DNA from: an uncultured Candidatus Saccharibacteria bacterium
GTDB taxonomy: Bacteria > Patescibacteriota > Minisyncoccia > UBA6257 > JACOXY01
Assembly (NCBI GenBank): GCA_964357615.1
Contig: CAYHMC010000008.1
Span: 1 to 61,371, forward strand
Direction of reading: 5' to 3'
DNA: 61,371 nt
The number at the start of each line of letters is the position of its first letter. The stretch's first letter is position 1. A program made the translations under genes and the position numbers. Below, one piece after another: positions 9,070 to 17,981 of the stretch. The notes below the pieces were generated by a model. That model saw nothing but the letters and a program-made list of their open reading frames with translations. It did no database searches and was not told the origin of the DNA.

Positions 9070-10140
9070 TTATGGGAGCATTCTTTTTCTTAAAAAATCT
9101 GCTGTTTCTAGTACTAATTCCTTACTTTCCTCAAATCCAAGACATGGGTCTGTAATGGATAGTCCTTCCATATCTATAGTATCAGGAGTGCAAACATCTA
9201 TATTTTGGCTTCCTGTCTTAATAAAACTTTCAACCATAAATCCTTTTACGCATTTTCTCAAATCAGGATTATCTAACAAAGTCTGCATCACATTTCGCAC
9301 AATTCCAATCTGTAATTTTGGATCTTTAACTCCACCAATTTTTAATCTTGAGTTATCGTGACTTACATCAATTAAAATTGCTGGGTTTTTAACTTTTTCC
9401 TTAAGGAGCAAATGCATAGCTTCTCTCAATGAATCAGGGTCATAATTAGACCTTGCGCTACCACCCCGAAGAACAAGATGGGCATAGGGGTTACCTAAGG
9501 TTTCAACTTGATGACCATCAATTACTGCAGTATGTGAATATTGCGCAGCAATTACACTATTCACTCCAATCTTTAAAGATCCGCTTGTTGGATTCTTCAT
9601 ACCAACCGGACAATCAATTGCAGAGGCAAATATACGATGTTCTTGATCTTCTGCGCTTCTTGCGCCAATTGCCACCCAAGAAAGTAATTCTATGAAACCC
9701 TCTGCATTATGAGTAAAAAGTGCTTCATCTGCTATTGGAAGACCAATGTCTAAAATATTTAGCATTAATTCTCTGGAATATCTTATGCCTGCTTCAATAT
9801 CTGGAGGAAGAAACGGATTCGGTTGATTTACTGGACCGGTCCATCCTTTTGTAGTTCTTGGCTTTTGTATATAAACTCGCATTACAATTCGTATCACATC
9901 ACTTACAGCATCGCTTAACTCTTTTAGTAGACATGCATACCTTAGAGAAGCGCCGAAAGGCCATGCCGAACATGGGCCAACTATCGCAAGAATCCTATTA
10001 TTTCTTCCGCTTAAAATGTCTTGAACCTCAATTTTTGTTCGAGTGATTAATTGACTACTTGCCAAAGAAAGTGGTAATTCATTTGTAAAAATTGATAAAT
10101 CAGGAAGTTTTTTTCTTTCTACTATTCTAAAGCCCTTCAT
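9070..10140 (-). CDS. aroG: 3-deoxy-7-phosphoheptulonate (DAHP) synthase, class I
   Basis: LAIVGPCSAWP and IVMRVYIQKPRTTKGWTGPVNQP match class I DAHP synthase signatures. Confidence 0.85.
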   Translation of the reverse strand: MKGFRIVERKKLPDLSIFTNELPLSLASSQLITRTKIEVQDILSGRNNRILAIVGPCSAWPFGASLRYACLLKELSDAVSDVIRIVMRVYIQKPRTTKGWTGPVNQPNPFLPPDIEAGIRYSRELMLNILDIGLPIADEALFTHNAEGFIELLSWVAIGARSAEDQEHRIFASAIDCPVGMKNPTSGSLKIGVNSVIAAQYSHTAVIDGHQVETLGNPYAHLVLRGGSARSNYDPDSLREAMHLLLKEKVKNPAILIDVSHDNSRLKIGGVKDPKLQIGIVRNVMQTLLDNPDLRKCVKGFMVESFIKTGSQNIDVCTPDTIDMEGLSITDPCLGFEESKELVLETADFLRKRMLP

Positions 10141-10177
10141 CCGAACCTTTTGATTTAAGATTTAATTTTCTATTCCG

Positions 10178-10206
10178 ATTATATGACTATGCTCCACATA
10201 GGTCAA
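10178..10206 (-). promoter_or_regulatory. sigma70-like promoter for the DAHP synthase gene
   Basis: Minus strand reads TTGACC, a 17-nt spacer, then TATAAT. It lies about 40 nt upstream of the start codon. Confidence 0.5.
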
Positions 10207-10289
10207 ATATAGTATAATTAATACATAAAGGCCGATTCACTTTTCAAAAGTGGATAAAAAAATTAATTTAATAAAAATAACAAAAACAT

Positions 10290-10502
10290 ATGAAAATGAT
10301 TCATATGATAACCTTTAGCCTTTTAGTAGTTGGGGGCTTAAATTGGTTGCTCACTGCTTTCGAATACAATGTTGTAGAAATGTATCTGCCAATGACAGCG
10401 GCACAAGCTATATATATATTAATTGGTCTTTCGGCAATTTATGAAATTGCTACACATAAAGGTAATTGCAAAATGTGCGCTGGTGAAACTCCAAAAATGT
10501 AA
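10290..10502 (+). CDS. DUF378-like small membrane protein
   Basis: 70 aa with two TM segments. The motif VVGGLNWLL is typical of DUF378 as I recall it. Confidence 0.6.
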   Translation: MKMIHMITFSLLVVGGLNWLLTAFEYNVVEMYLPMTAAQAIYILIGLSAIYEIATHKGNCKMCAGETPKM

Positions 10503-10525
10503 TCATTAGTTAATAAATAAAAATG

Positions 10526-10555
10526 GTCTGCCGACGAGGCAGGCTATTTTTATTT
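10526..10555 (+). terminator. intrinsic terminator
   Basis: GTCTGCC gacga GGCAGGC followed by TATTTTTATTT. Confidence 0.6.
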
Positions 10556-10575
10556 ATCTTTTTATAATATTTTAG

Positions 10576-11370
10576 TTATATTATTTCGTATGTAAGTGTT
10601 ACGGTAACACTAATATCTTTTGATCCTGGCTCAATTGCTGGGGCAGGAGCCATCTCAGGACCACCCATACCCATGCCAGAATCTCTTCCCAACATTACTT
10701 TACTATAATAAGGCATTGCCCCACCCCCATCTGAAATAGAAAGTAATCTACCAAGACGAAAGCCTCCTGCGCTTGCTATTGCAACGGCTTTTGCTTTTGC
10801 CTTAGTAATTGCTTCCATTCTAGCGTCGTTTTCAACTTTTGTTGGATCGTCAATATCAAATGAAAGTTGTGACACATCATTTGCGCCATTATTTACTGCG
10901 CCACTCAAGATATCTCCCACCTTTTCAAAATCGCGCACTTTCACAAAAACAGTTTCTCTAATTGTATAACCAACGATTTGTGGTGGTGGACACGCTTTCG
11001 CTCCATCATTTGGTCTAGTATCACAATTATAATATTGGTATCTTGGCTCTACTCCATAGTTTTGAGTCTTTATATCCTCTGATTTAACACCAGAAGTTTT
11101 TACAAAAGCATTAACTTTTTCTGAATTAGTAATATGCTTTTTCTGAAGATCTGCTAAATTTGTTCCTCCTTCTGTGATAACGCTATAGGTAAAACTAGCA
11201 ATATCTGGTTTTCCAACAACCTCCCCTTCACCGCTAACAGTAAAACTTCTAAACGATGATGGCTCTATTGATCTTCCATATGTACTAACATAGCCAACCG
11301 CAGAATATGAAAGTATCAAAATTGCAAAAATACTCGCGTAGCCAATTACATTTTTTATTGATTGATTCAT
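10576..11370 (-). CDS. SIMPL/DUF541 family periplasmic protein
   Basis: N-terminal TM segment. The pattern FTVSGEGEV...GYTIRETVFVKVRD...DDP...ARMEAITKAKAKA is typical of SIMPL/DUF541. Confidence 0.7.
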   Translation of the reverse strand: MNQSIKNVIGYASIFAILILSYSAVGYVSTYGRSIEPSSFRSFTVSGEGEVVGKPDIASFTYSVITEGGTNLADLQKKHITNSEKVNAFVKTSGVKSEDIKTQNYGVEPRYQYYNCDTRPNDGAKACPPPQIVGYTIRETVFVKVRDFEKVGDILSGAVNNGANDVSQLSFDIDDPTKVENDARMEAITKAKAKAVAIASAGGFRLGRLLSISDGGGAMPYYSKVMLGRDSGMGMGGPEMAPAPAIEPGSKDISVTVTLTYEII

Positions 11371-11404
11371 ATATAAATTGATTATTAATTATAAAATAAT
11401 TATA

Positions 11405-11677
11405 TCACATTGCTCCTTCTTCTTTTAAAATTGCCATTTTGCATATTGCACCATCCCTATATCCACCAACTCTACCATCCGACCTTATCACTCTATGACA
11501 CGGAACCTTTGGGTCTCTATTTTTATTCAAAATATTACCAACAGCCCTAAAAGCCAATGGCCTGCCAGAAATTTTAGCAACTTCAGCATAAGTTAATGTT
11601 TTTCCTTTAGGTATTTTTGAAACAATTGAATAAATTTTTCTAGCGAACAGTGTCATGTGACTAATTTTAACTTGCAA
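11405..11677 (-). CDS. ogt: methylated-DNA-protein-cysteine methyltransferase (MGMT DNA-binding/active-site domain only)
   Basis: Active-site motif VPCHRVIRSDG. 90 aa. Confidence 0.8.
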   Translation of the reverse strand: MQVKISHMTLFARKIYSIVSKIPKGKTLTYAEVAKISGRPLAFRAVGNILNKNRDPKVPCHRVIRSDGRVGGYRDGAICKMAILKEEGAM

Positions 11678-11735
11678 TATAGCAATAAATCAAGTATAAT
11701 ATGCGAAGCAAATTTAGCACACGGAGGTGCATAAA

Positions 11736-12080
11736 ATGAAAGCGAGTGTCTTTAAAATCGATGACTACCGAAAAACTGGCATTCTAAAATCAATCATGCC
11801 ATTTAAGGGTAAAAATGCTAAAGATAAAAAATCTAAAGTAGATACACAAAATAATGCTAATTTAATTCCGTGGAATGAATTAACCATACCAATTTTAATG
11901 TGTGCTATGTGCTTTGGAACATTAACTGGCTTTGTGTGTAATATGCTAATAGGAGAAACTCTAATAAACGACGGAATTGCTTATACAAGCGTTGGCTTTT
12001 TAGCTGGTATGCTTTGGATACCAAGCGCACTGTTTTTCATATGGCTTTTAAGTAAAATGACTAGCATTTTTAAGAAATAA
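11736..12080 (+). CDS. hypothetical membrane protein
   Basis: GGAGG at 11723-11727 sits 8 nt before the ATG at 11736. The ORF-track GTG at 11727 overlaps the RBS. Two predicted TM segments. Confidence 0.55.
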   Translation: MKASVFKIDDYRKTGILKSIMPFKGKNAKDKKSKVDTQNNANLIPWNELTIPILMCAMCFGTLTGFVCNMLIGETLINDGIAYTSVGFLAGMLWIPSALFFIWLLSKMTSIFKK

Positions 12081-12082
12081 TT

Positions 12083-12102
12083 ACCGCAAGTGCGGTTTTT
12101 TA
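12083..12102 (+). terminator. intrinsic terminator
   Basis: ACCGC aagt GCGGT followed by TTTTTTATTT. Confidence 0.6.
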
Positions 12103-12112
12103 TTTATGAAAA

Positions 12113-13216
12113 CTAGTTCAATTTTTCAACCCTAAGACCAATCAAGCGAATAAAAAGATGTTTGGGGTTTTCTCTTTTATCTAAAAACGGTAATAGCATT
12201 TGCAACGCCATAACTTCTAATTCTTTATCTGTTTTAGGTAAATCAGATAATGTTCTTGAACGTGTTTTTGTCTTGAAATCACTAAAACGAACTGTAAGTA
12301 CTACTGTTTTAAAACTTTTAAATCCATCATTGTGTAAACTTCTAATTACACTTTCAGAGATTTTTGATAGCGCTGGTAACAATATGCTTGTATCAAGGGT
12401 ATCGGTCATAAATGTAATTTGTTCTCCGATTGACTTTGCTTCATGTTCGCTCGAAAGCGGAGCATCGTATATGCCACGAATTTTTTTATAAAGTGCTATA
12501 CCGTGAGCTCCCATCATCTGAACCATTTCTAATTGAGAAAATTTTTTCAAATCTTTAACTAGTTTAATGCCTTTTTTATTTAAGAAAATTTCTGATTTTG
12601 GTCCAAGCCCAGGAATCTTCCTTATTGAAAGCGGGTCCAAAAAACTTTCTACTTTTTCTGGATAAACAATTGTCAGTCCATCTGGTTTTTTAATGTCTGA
12701 TGCAATTTTAGCAATAATTTTATTTGGCCCTATACCAATTGAGCAAGTTAATTTTTCTTTTAATTTTATTTTTAGCTTAATTTTTTTAGCAAATATTTCT
12801 GCTTCACCGTAACTACCTAGAGACGAAAAATTAAGATATGCCTCGTCAACACTTGCTCGCTCAATTAACGGTTCTTCGGAATTTTTATCCGAAATATTAA
12901 AAATTTCTTTCTCTAAAATTTCATAAATTCTGTTTGAAACTACGCTGTATTTTTTGTGATTACCTTGTATAAAAACTGCCTCTGCTTTCCCTCTTTTTTT
13001 AGCTTCCTCTGAGGCATTCCAAGCTTGGGAAATGGGCATTGCGGAATGAATGCCATATTTGCGTGCCACGTAATTTGCGGTGGATACAATGCCTCGCCCA
13101 CGACCATCTTGTGGGTCTGCTCCAATCACAATTGGCTTACCTTTAAGACGAGGCTTATCGCGCTCTTCTATTGCGGCGAAGAACGCATCCATATCTAGGT
13201 GTGCAATAATTCTCAT
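12113..13216 (-). CDS. dinB: DNA polymerase IV
   Basis: MRIIAHLDMDAFFAAIEERD is a canonical Y-family N-terminus. The longer start at 13243 lies inside an upstream hairpin, so 13216 is preferred. Confidence 0.85.
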   Translation of the reverse strand: MRIIAHLDMDAFFAAIEERDKPRLKGKPIVIGADPQDGRGRGIVSTANYVARKYGIHSAMPISQAWNASEEAKKRGKAEAVFIQGNHKKYSVVSNRIYEILEKEIFNISDKNSEEPLIERASVDEAYLNFSSLGSYGEAEIFAKKIKLKIKLKEKLTCSIGIGPNKIIAKIASDIKKPDGLTIVYPEKVESFLDPLSIRKIPGLGPKSEIFLNKKGIKLVKDLKKFSQLEMVQMMGAHGIALYKKIRGIYDAPLSSEHEAKSIGEQITFMTDTLDTSILLPALSKISESVIRSLHNDGFKSFKTVVLTVRFSDFKTKTRSRTLSDLPKTDKELEVMALQMLLPFLDKRENPKHLFIRLIGLRVEKLN

Positions 13217-13232
13217 AACAATATTGTAATCT

Positions 13233-13255
13233 AAAAAAGGCATTCTGCCTTTTTT
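13233..13255 (-). terminator. A/T-flanked hairpin after the upstream gene
   Basis: AAAAAAGGCA ttc TGCCTTTTTT. Confidence 0.4.
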
Positions 13256-13286
13256 AGATTTATTAACTTATTGATAAATTCTGTCT

Positions 13287-14012
13287 TTAATTCAATTCCG
13301 GCTTTCTCATATCTTCTGGATCAAAAAATTTAAATGTGGAAATCATTGCATTGAACAGGGTGAGGTTTTCTCCACCTTCTCCATCCATAATTGAAATACG
13401 ATATAGAAATTTCCCTTGAGGAATACCAATGTAAATTACTGGGTAGCGATAAATTGTAAGATATGAACCGTATGCATAATAACGCAGTGATTTAATTCCA
13501 TTTATTAATATAGAAGTTTCTATTGGACTTTCGCTTTCTTCTGGTGGGAATAATGGAATATTATCATCGATATAACAGGATAATTCTATACTTCCCTTGC
13601 ATTTATCTGTTGCCAGTAATTGAATAATTTGAATATCAGCTCCTGGCAAACCATCATTCATCGGATGATCTTTTTGCAAATCATCATCATTATAACTTTG
13701 TAAGGAAATAATTTTATTAGAAAGATTCTCTGACAATTCCCATTTAGTCGGATACCTAAACTCAAACCCGTATTTAATATTTCTATAAGTTTTCCAACCC
13801 TGTACTGAGCTTGTCGGATGAGTTGAAGCATCAACGATTGTTGACGATACATTACTAGATTTATGGAATACTTCTTCCACGGACATCAATAAACTTTCAT
13901 TTTCTTGCTCAATCGAAAGTTTTACAATTGCACCCTCAAGATAAATGAAGACGATAAAAATAATTGAAAGTGTCCAGACGAACCAACGATTTGGAAATAC
14001 TTCTTTAAGCAT
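13287..14012 (-). CDS. hypothetical membrane-anchored or secreted protein
   Basis: 241-aa ORF with an N-terminal hydrophobic segment. No recognised motif. Confidence 0.55.
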   Translation of the reverse strand: MLKEVFPNRWFVWTLSIIFIVFIYLEGAIVKLSIEQENESLLMSVEEVFHKSSNVSSTIVDASTHPTSSVQGWKTYRNIKYGFEFRYPTKWELSENLSNKIISLQSYNDDDLQKDHPMNDGLPGADIQIIQLLATDKCKGSIELSCYIDDNIPLFPPEESESPIETSILINGIKSLRYYAYGSYLTIYRYPVIYIGIPQGKFLYRISIMDGEGGENLTLFNAMISTFKFFDPEDMRKPELN

Positions 14013-14015
14013 AGT

Positions 14016-14585
14016 TTATTCTTCCGGAGAAATAAATTTATTTAAAGTTCCAGCAATATCCTTACAGCTACCTAATCCATCAAATTCTTTTGCTTTATTC
14101 TCTATTTCCATGTGTATTTTATAAGTTATCCATAAATCAGTAACTGCGCTTTCCGAACATTTTTTAGTCATTATGCCGGAAGATTCAATATATTCTTTAA
14201 CTTTTAAAACATTCTCCGCAGTTATCATAATCTCACTATTTTCGCTCCCAGTTATCACTATTTTTCCAGAATTATAAAGTTTAGTATATTTTTCGCAATT
14301 ACTCTCTCTTGCGGGACATGGTCCCCAGCTTTCATTTTTTTCAAGCAACAAAGTATCACCTGATAAAATCGCATCAGGACACTTTGCAAATTCACAATTT
14401 GGACCAACTCTTCCAACATAAGTATCTCCATCAGGACATTGCATTGCGTCCGCTGTGCAAAAAACCATTTTATTATTTTCTTTGCTTATTGAAACAGCAA
14501 ACAAAATTCCGACAAGCACAACAAAGACCACGACCGCAACCACTAAATTAAAATGATTTGAATGTGATGAATTATTTTTAGACAT
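14016..14585 (-). CDS. hypothetical Cys-rich membrane-anchored protein
   Basis: 189-aa ORF with an N-terminal TM segment and several Cys pairs. Confidence 0.55.
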   Translation of the reverse strand: MSKNNSSHSNHFNLVVAVVVFVVLVGILFAVSISKENNKMVFCTADAMQCPDGDTYVGRVGPNCEFAKCPDAILSGDTLLLEKNESWGPCPARESNCEKYTKLYNSGKIVITGSENSEIMITAENVLKVKEYIESSGIMTKKCSESAVTDLWITYKIHMEIENKAKEFDGLGSCKDIAGTLNKFISPEE

Positions 14586-14606
14586 TATTTATTTATTATA
14601 ACATAA

Positions 14607-14628
14607 ATCGCCACAATATTGTGGCGAT
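14607..14628 (-). terminator. perfect palindromic hairpin
   Basis: ATCGCCACAAT/ATTGTGGCGAT. It lies just downstream of the frameshift-corrected end (14646) of the queuosine-salvage gene. Confidence 0.5.
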
Positions 14629-14721
14629 GTGTTATTTGATAAATTTTAATATGCAGTTGTATAAGCTGTGTGATGTCTGTATTTAATATTTGGCTTCCTA
14701 CCAGCTTGCCAAATATAATAA

Positions 14722-15654
14722 TCAAGTTCTGCCATTGTAATTTTTAGCTTTCCAAGTTTGAGCTTGTAATAATTTATTGCTTCTAGTAAATCCAGCATTA
14801 TTTTTTGCTGATATTATTCTAATTTCAATCTCAAGCTGACTATCTGCAGTAATTCTTGTTCCACTATCAATTATCTTAGCTAGAGTTTTTTTATAATTTA
14901 AAATGCCTAAAATTCTAAACGCGTTGGGAACTGCGCAATCTGTAATTACTCCAAAATTTTCTGTATCACGAATTAATTGAAGCTTGCCCTTTGAGTCCAG
15001 TGCTCTTCCATGATAAATCATCGGCAGAAGTTGCGCTCTCTTATAAAATAATAATTTAAATCCCTTCCATTTACCTCGATCTCGATAAGATGTGAAATTT
15101 TTTATAATTTTTTCCACTATACCATCGCTATTGTTAAATAGCAGATAATCAGCATCTTCAAATATTTTTGCAAAGCTTGTTGGCTCATGTATTCCAAGCA
15201 ATGTAGCTCCGATATTATTCAAATGTTCCACTCGCTTAGCAATCATTGGCATTGGATTTGCATGATGGCTAAATATCTCTTCCACTTCTTTTTTTGAAAC
15301 ATTTTCTAAATATTCTGGTGATAAAATTGGAATTCCATTATCTAGTGCTTGTTTTACACATGCTGTCATTGCGCTAGAACCATAATAAATTATTCCGCTT
15401 CCCTTAGGATATTCGACATCGAATTTTCTTCCTGTTTCTGGACTAGCAAAACAAAAATTTATTGCATTAGTTATTCCCAAAAATTCAATAAATAAATCGT
15501 CGTCCAACTCTGGAAATATTGGTTCTCGCCAGTTTGGTACTACAAAATCAAAATGAGCGAATTTTCTGGCAACAATTCTAAGCTGTCTTCTATTAATTCT
15601 ACAATAATCAGTTTTATCCCATACCCCTGCTAAACTGGCCAAAAGTGGATTCAT
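14722..15654 (-). CDS. queuosine salvage protein (DUF2419/QNG1-like), apparently frameshifted near the 3' end
   Basis: The N-terminal region with the NAINFCF motif and the position next to tgt fit DUF2419. After the A6 run (14801-14806) another frame stays open to 14646 and looks like the native C-terminus. Confidence 0.6.
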   Translation of the reverse strand: MNPLLASLAGVWDKTDYCRINRRQLRIVARKFAHFDFVVPNWREPIFPELDDDLFIEFLGITNAINFCFASPETGRKFDVEYPKGSGIIYYGSSAMTACVKQALDNGIPILSPEYLENVSKKEVEEIFSHHANPMPMIAKRVEHLNNIGATLLGIHEPTSFAKIFEDADYLLFNNSDGIVEKIIKNFTSYRDRGKWKGFKLLFYKRAQLLPMIYHGRALDSKGKLQLIRDTENFGVITDCAVPNAFRILGILNYKKTLAKIIDSGTRITADSQLEIEIRIISAKNNAGFTRSNKLLQAQTWKAKNYNGRT

Positions 15655-15717
15655 TTACTCTCCGTATATTTAAAATGGCTGTGGCCAATATAACACCTTG
15701 AAAGTTATAGTCAATTT

Positions 15718-15827
15718 ATCCCGTTAGATAAATTCATCCATTATAATATTCAACCAAATAAATGGTTTCTTATTCGCAGTATTTTATGAAATAAATATTT
15801 CTAAATGTTTCAATTTTCTAATGGGAA
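15718..15827. mobile_element. MITE-like element M2 (degenerate)
   Basis: Left end ATCCCGTTAGATAAAT; right end TTTTCTAATGGGA. It sits between the tgt stop and the next gene start. Confidence 0.4.
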
Positions 15828-15831
15828 AAAA

Positions 15832-17001
15832 TTAAATTTTTCCTTGTCTTATTAATTTTCTAATACCTGCAACAAATTCATTAAAAAAGTGTAAGTTATG
15901 GTATGTAATAAGTGAAAGTGCAGATATTTCTCCAGAACGAACAAGATGGGCTAAATATGTGCGCTTATAATTCTGACAAACAAAACAAGAGCAATTTTTA
16001 TCAAGTGGCTTTTGATCTTTAATAAACTGGCTATTTCGTAAGTTTAATTTTCCCCATCCTAAATCTCCTTTTCCGTGAATAAAAGCAACATTACGACGAG
16101 CATATAGAGTGGGCACAACGCAATCGAATAAGTCTATTCCATGAGAAACAACCTTTGCCATATCCCTAAGATATCCAATACCCAATAAATGCCTTGGTTT
16201 ATTATGGTCTAAAAGTGGAACGGTCCACTTCAAAATATCCATCATATCTTTCACATTATCACCTAGATCTCCGCCAATTCCATAACCAGAAAATCCTAAA
16301 CTATTTGTAAAACTCGCTGCTTCTATCCTTAAATCTTTAAAACGAGAGCCCTGGATAATTCCAAAAAGTGATTGTTTGCTTTTGTGTACATTAATACAAG
16401 TTTTTGACCATTTATGTGTTAAATCAAGCGATGCTTTTGCATATTCATAAGTTGCGACAGGCGGGGTACATTCATCAAATGAAAAAATTATGTCTGCGCC
16501 AAGTGCTTCTTGAATTTTAATTGATTCTTTTGGACCAATAAAAAGTTTTCTACCGTCGACTGGCGACCTAAAATGCACTCCTTCTTCTGTGATTTTTACT
16601 TTTTTTGGTTGAACTCCTTTTTCAATTGACTGATTATCTGAAACCTTACCAGGAAAAAATTTTTTAATTTTTCCTATGTCTAAATCACGACCAAAACCTA
16701 AGCTAAAAACTTGAAAACCTCCTGAATCTGTCATAATAGGTCTTTTCCAATTCATGAATTTGTGAATACCGCCTGCATTTTTAACAATTTTCTCTCCGGG
16801 CTTTAAGTGTAAGTGAAAAGTGTTTGAGATAACTATTTGAGTTCCAGTTTGCACCAAATATTCAGAAGGCAATGTTTTTATAGCGGCTTGTGTTGCAACT
16901 GGAACAAGCGATGGGGTTTCCACCTCACCATTCGGAGTTTTTAAAACTCCAAGTCTCGCCCAGCTTTTTTTAGATTCTTTTAAGATTTTAAACTCTATCA
17001 T
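15832..17001 (-). CDS. tgt: tRNA-guanine transglycosylase (queuine tRNA-ribosyltransferase)
   Basis: The TDSGGFQVFSL motif and the zinc motif CSCFVCQNY...H are present. 389 aa. Confidence 0.92.
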   Translation of the reverse strand: MIEFKILKESKKSWARLGVLKTPNGEVETPSLVPVATQAAIKTLPSEYLVQTGTQIVISNTFHLHLKPGEKIVKNAGGIHKFMNWKRPIMTDSGGFQVFSLGFGRDLDIGKIKKFFPGKVSDNQSIEKGVQPKKVKITEEGVHFRSPVDGRKLFIGPKESIKIQEALGADIIFSFDECTPPVATYEYAKASLDLTHKWSKTCINVHKSKQSLFGIIQGSRFKDLRIEAASFTNSLGFSGYGIGGDLGDNVKDMMDILKWTVPLLDHNKPRHLLGIGYLRDMAKVVSHGIDLFDCVVPTLYARRNVAFIHGKGDLGWGKLNLRNSQFIKDQKPLDKNCSCFVCQNYKRTYLAHLVRSGEISALSLITYHNLHFFNEFVAGIRKLIRQGKI

Positions 17002-17282
17002 CCCGTACGAAATAGGAAGCGCTTTAATCTAGTTTTAAGATAACGTTTTCCTTTTCCAGCTTTTAAATATAATTCTCTTGACCTTGCATCACTTTCATTA
17101 AGACAAGCCTCATAATAAATTAAACTATAAGGACCTCTCCCCTTAGTATATTTAGACTTACCTTCATTGTGCTCTTTAAAGCGCTTCCGTAAATCGTTAG
17201 TATAACCAGTATATAATTTATAATCTTTTTTGCTTTGTAAAACATATGTATAATACATAATAATTTCGTACGGGATCATCAT
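16998..17282 (-). CDS. stand-alone GIY-YIG nuclease domain protein (UPF0213/YhbQ-like)
   Basis: YYTYVLQSKKDYKLYTGYTNDLRKRFKEHN is a GIY-YIG core. ATGA overlaps link it to rdgB upstream and tgt downstream. The core starts at the internal Met (17258). Confidence 0.8.
   Translation of the reverse strand: MMIPYEIIMYYTYVLQSKKDYKLYTGYTNDLRKRFKEHNEGKSKYTKGRGPYSLIYYEACLNESDARSRELYLKAGKGKRYLKTRLKRFLFRTG
17000..17276. mobile_element. inverted-repeat-bounded unit carrying the GIY-YIG ORF
   Basis: ATCCCGTACGAAAT at 17000-17013 is the exact reverse complement of 17263-17276. TCA flanks both ends. Confidence 0.5.
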
Positions 17283-17899
17283 TTATTTACAATTTTTTCA
17301 AGATGAGACCTAAGTTCACTAAACGCTTGTCCTCTGTGACTTATTTTATTTATTTTATCGTTGGGCATTTGCGCAAAAGTTTGTTTGTATCCATCAGGAA
17401 CAAATATTACATCGTATGGCAACTTGGAATTAAATTTGCCTCTTGGCTTATTGGTTATGGCGCCGAGAACCTTACCTGTAAATATCCAGTGTTTCCCTTC
17501 TGGAGAAACCAAAGCACAGGCAACCTCCATCCAGGCACCCCTATGATTTTTGGGTATGTGCTTCATAACTTGTAGTGTGTGTTTTACAATATCTTTGCCA
17601 CTTGCGTGAGCGCTTCCACTGCCTCGTTTTCTTGCCCATCTAGCGCTAAAAACTCCAGGCGCACAACTAAGTGAAGTAATACAAACACCAGAGTCATCTG
17701 CAAATGCCCATTTTTTCTTCTTTTTACTAACATACTTTGCTTTTATAAGTGCATTTTCTTCGAATGTTAGGCCGTCTTCAACAATGTCTTCTTTAATACC
17801 AGCTTCATCTGCGCTTTGTATTTCGATTTTCAAACCCTTCATTATTTTTTTCATTTCAGCAATTTTACCTTTATTGTGTGTGGCAAAAATAAGTTTCAT
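17279..17899 (-). CDS. rdgB: non-canonical purine NTP pyrophosphatase (RdgB/HAM1)
   Basis: The N-terminus MKLIFATHNKGKIAEM and the overall pattern fit RdgB/HAM1. Confidence 0.85.
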   Translation of the reverse strand: MKLIFATHNKGKIAEMKKIMKGLKIEIQSADEAGIKEDIVEDGLTFEENALIKAKYVSKKKKKWAFADDSGVCITSLSCAPGVFSARWARKRGSGSAHASGKDIVKHTLQVMKHIPKNHRGAWMEVACALVSPEGKHWIFTGKVLGAITNKPRGKFNSKLPYDVIFVPDGYKQTFAQMPNDKINKISHRGQAFSELRSHLEKIVNK

Positions 17900-17981
17900 A
17901 GAATATATTTATAAATTTATTTTATTTGCATTTCCTTGCAAATTTATTATACTACAAAATAGAATTTTAAAAGGAGCAGGC

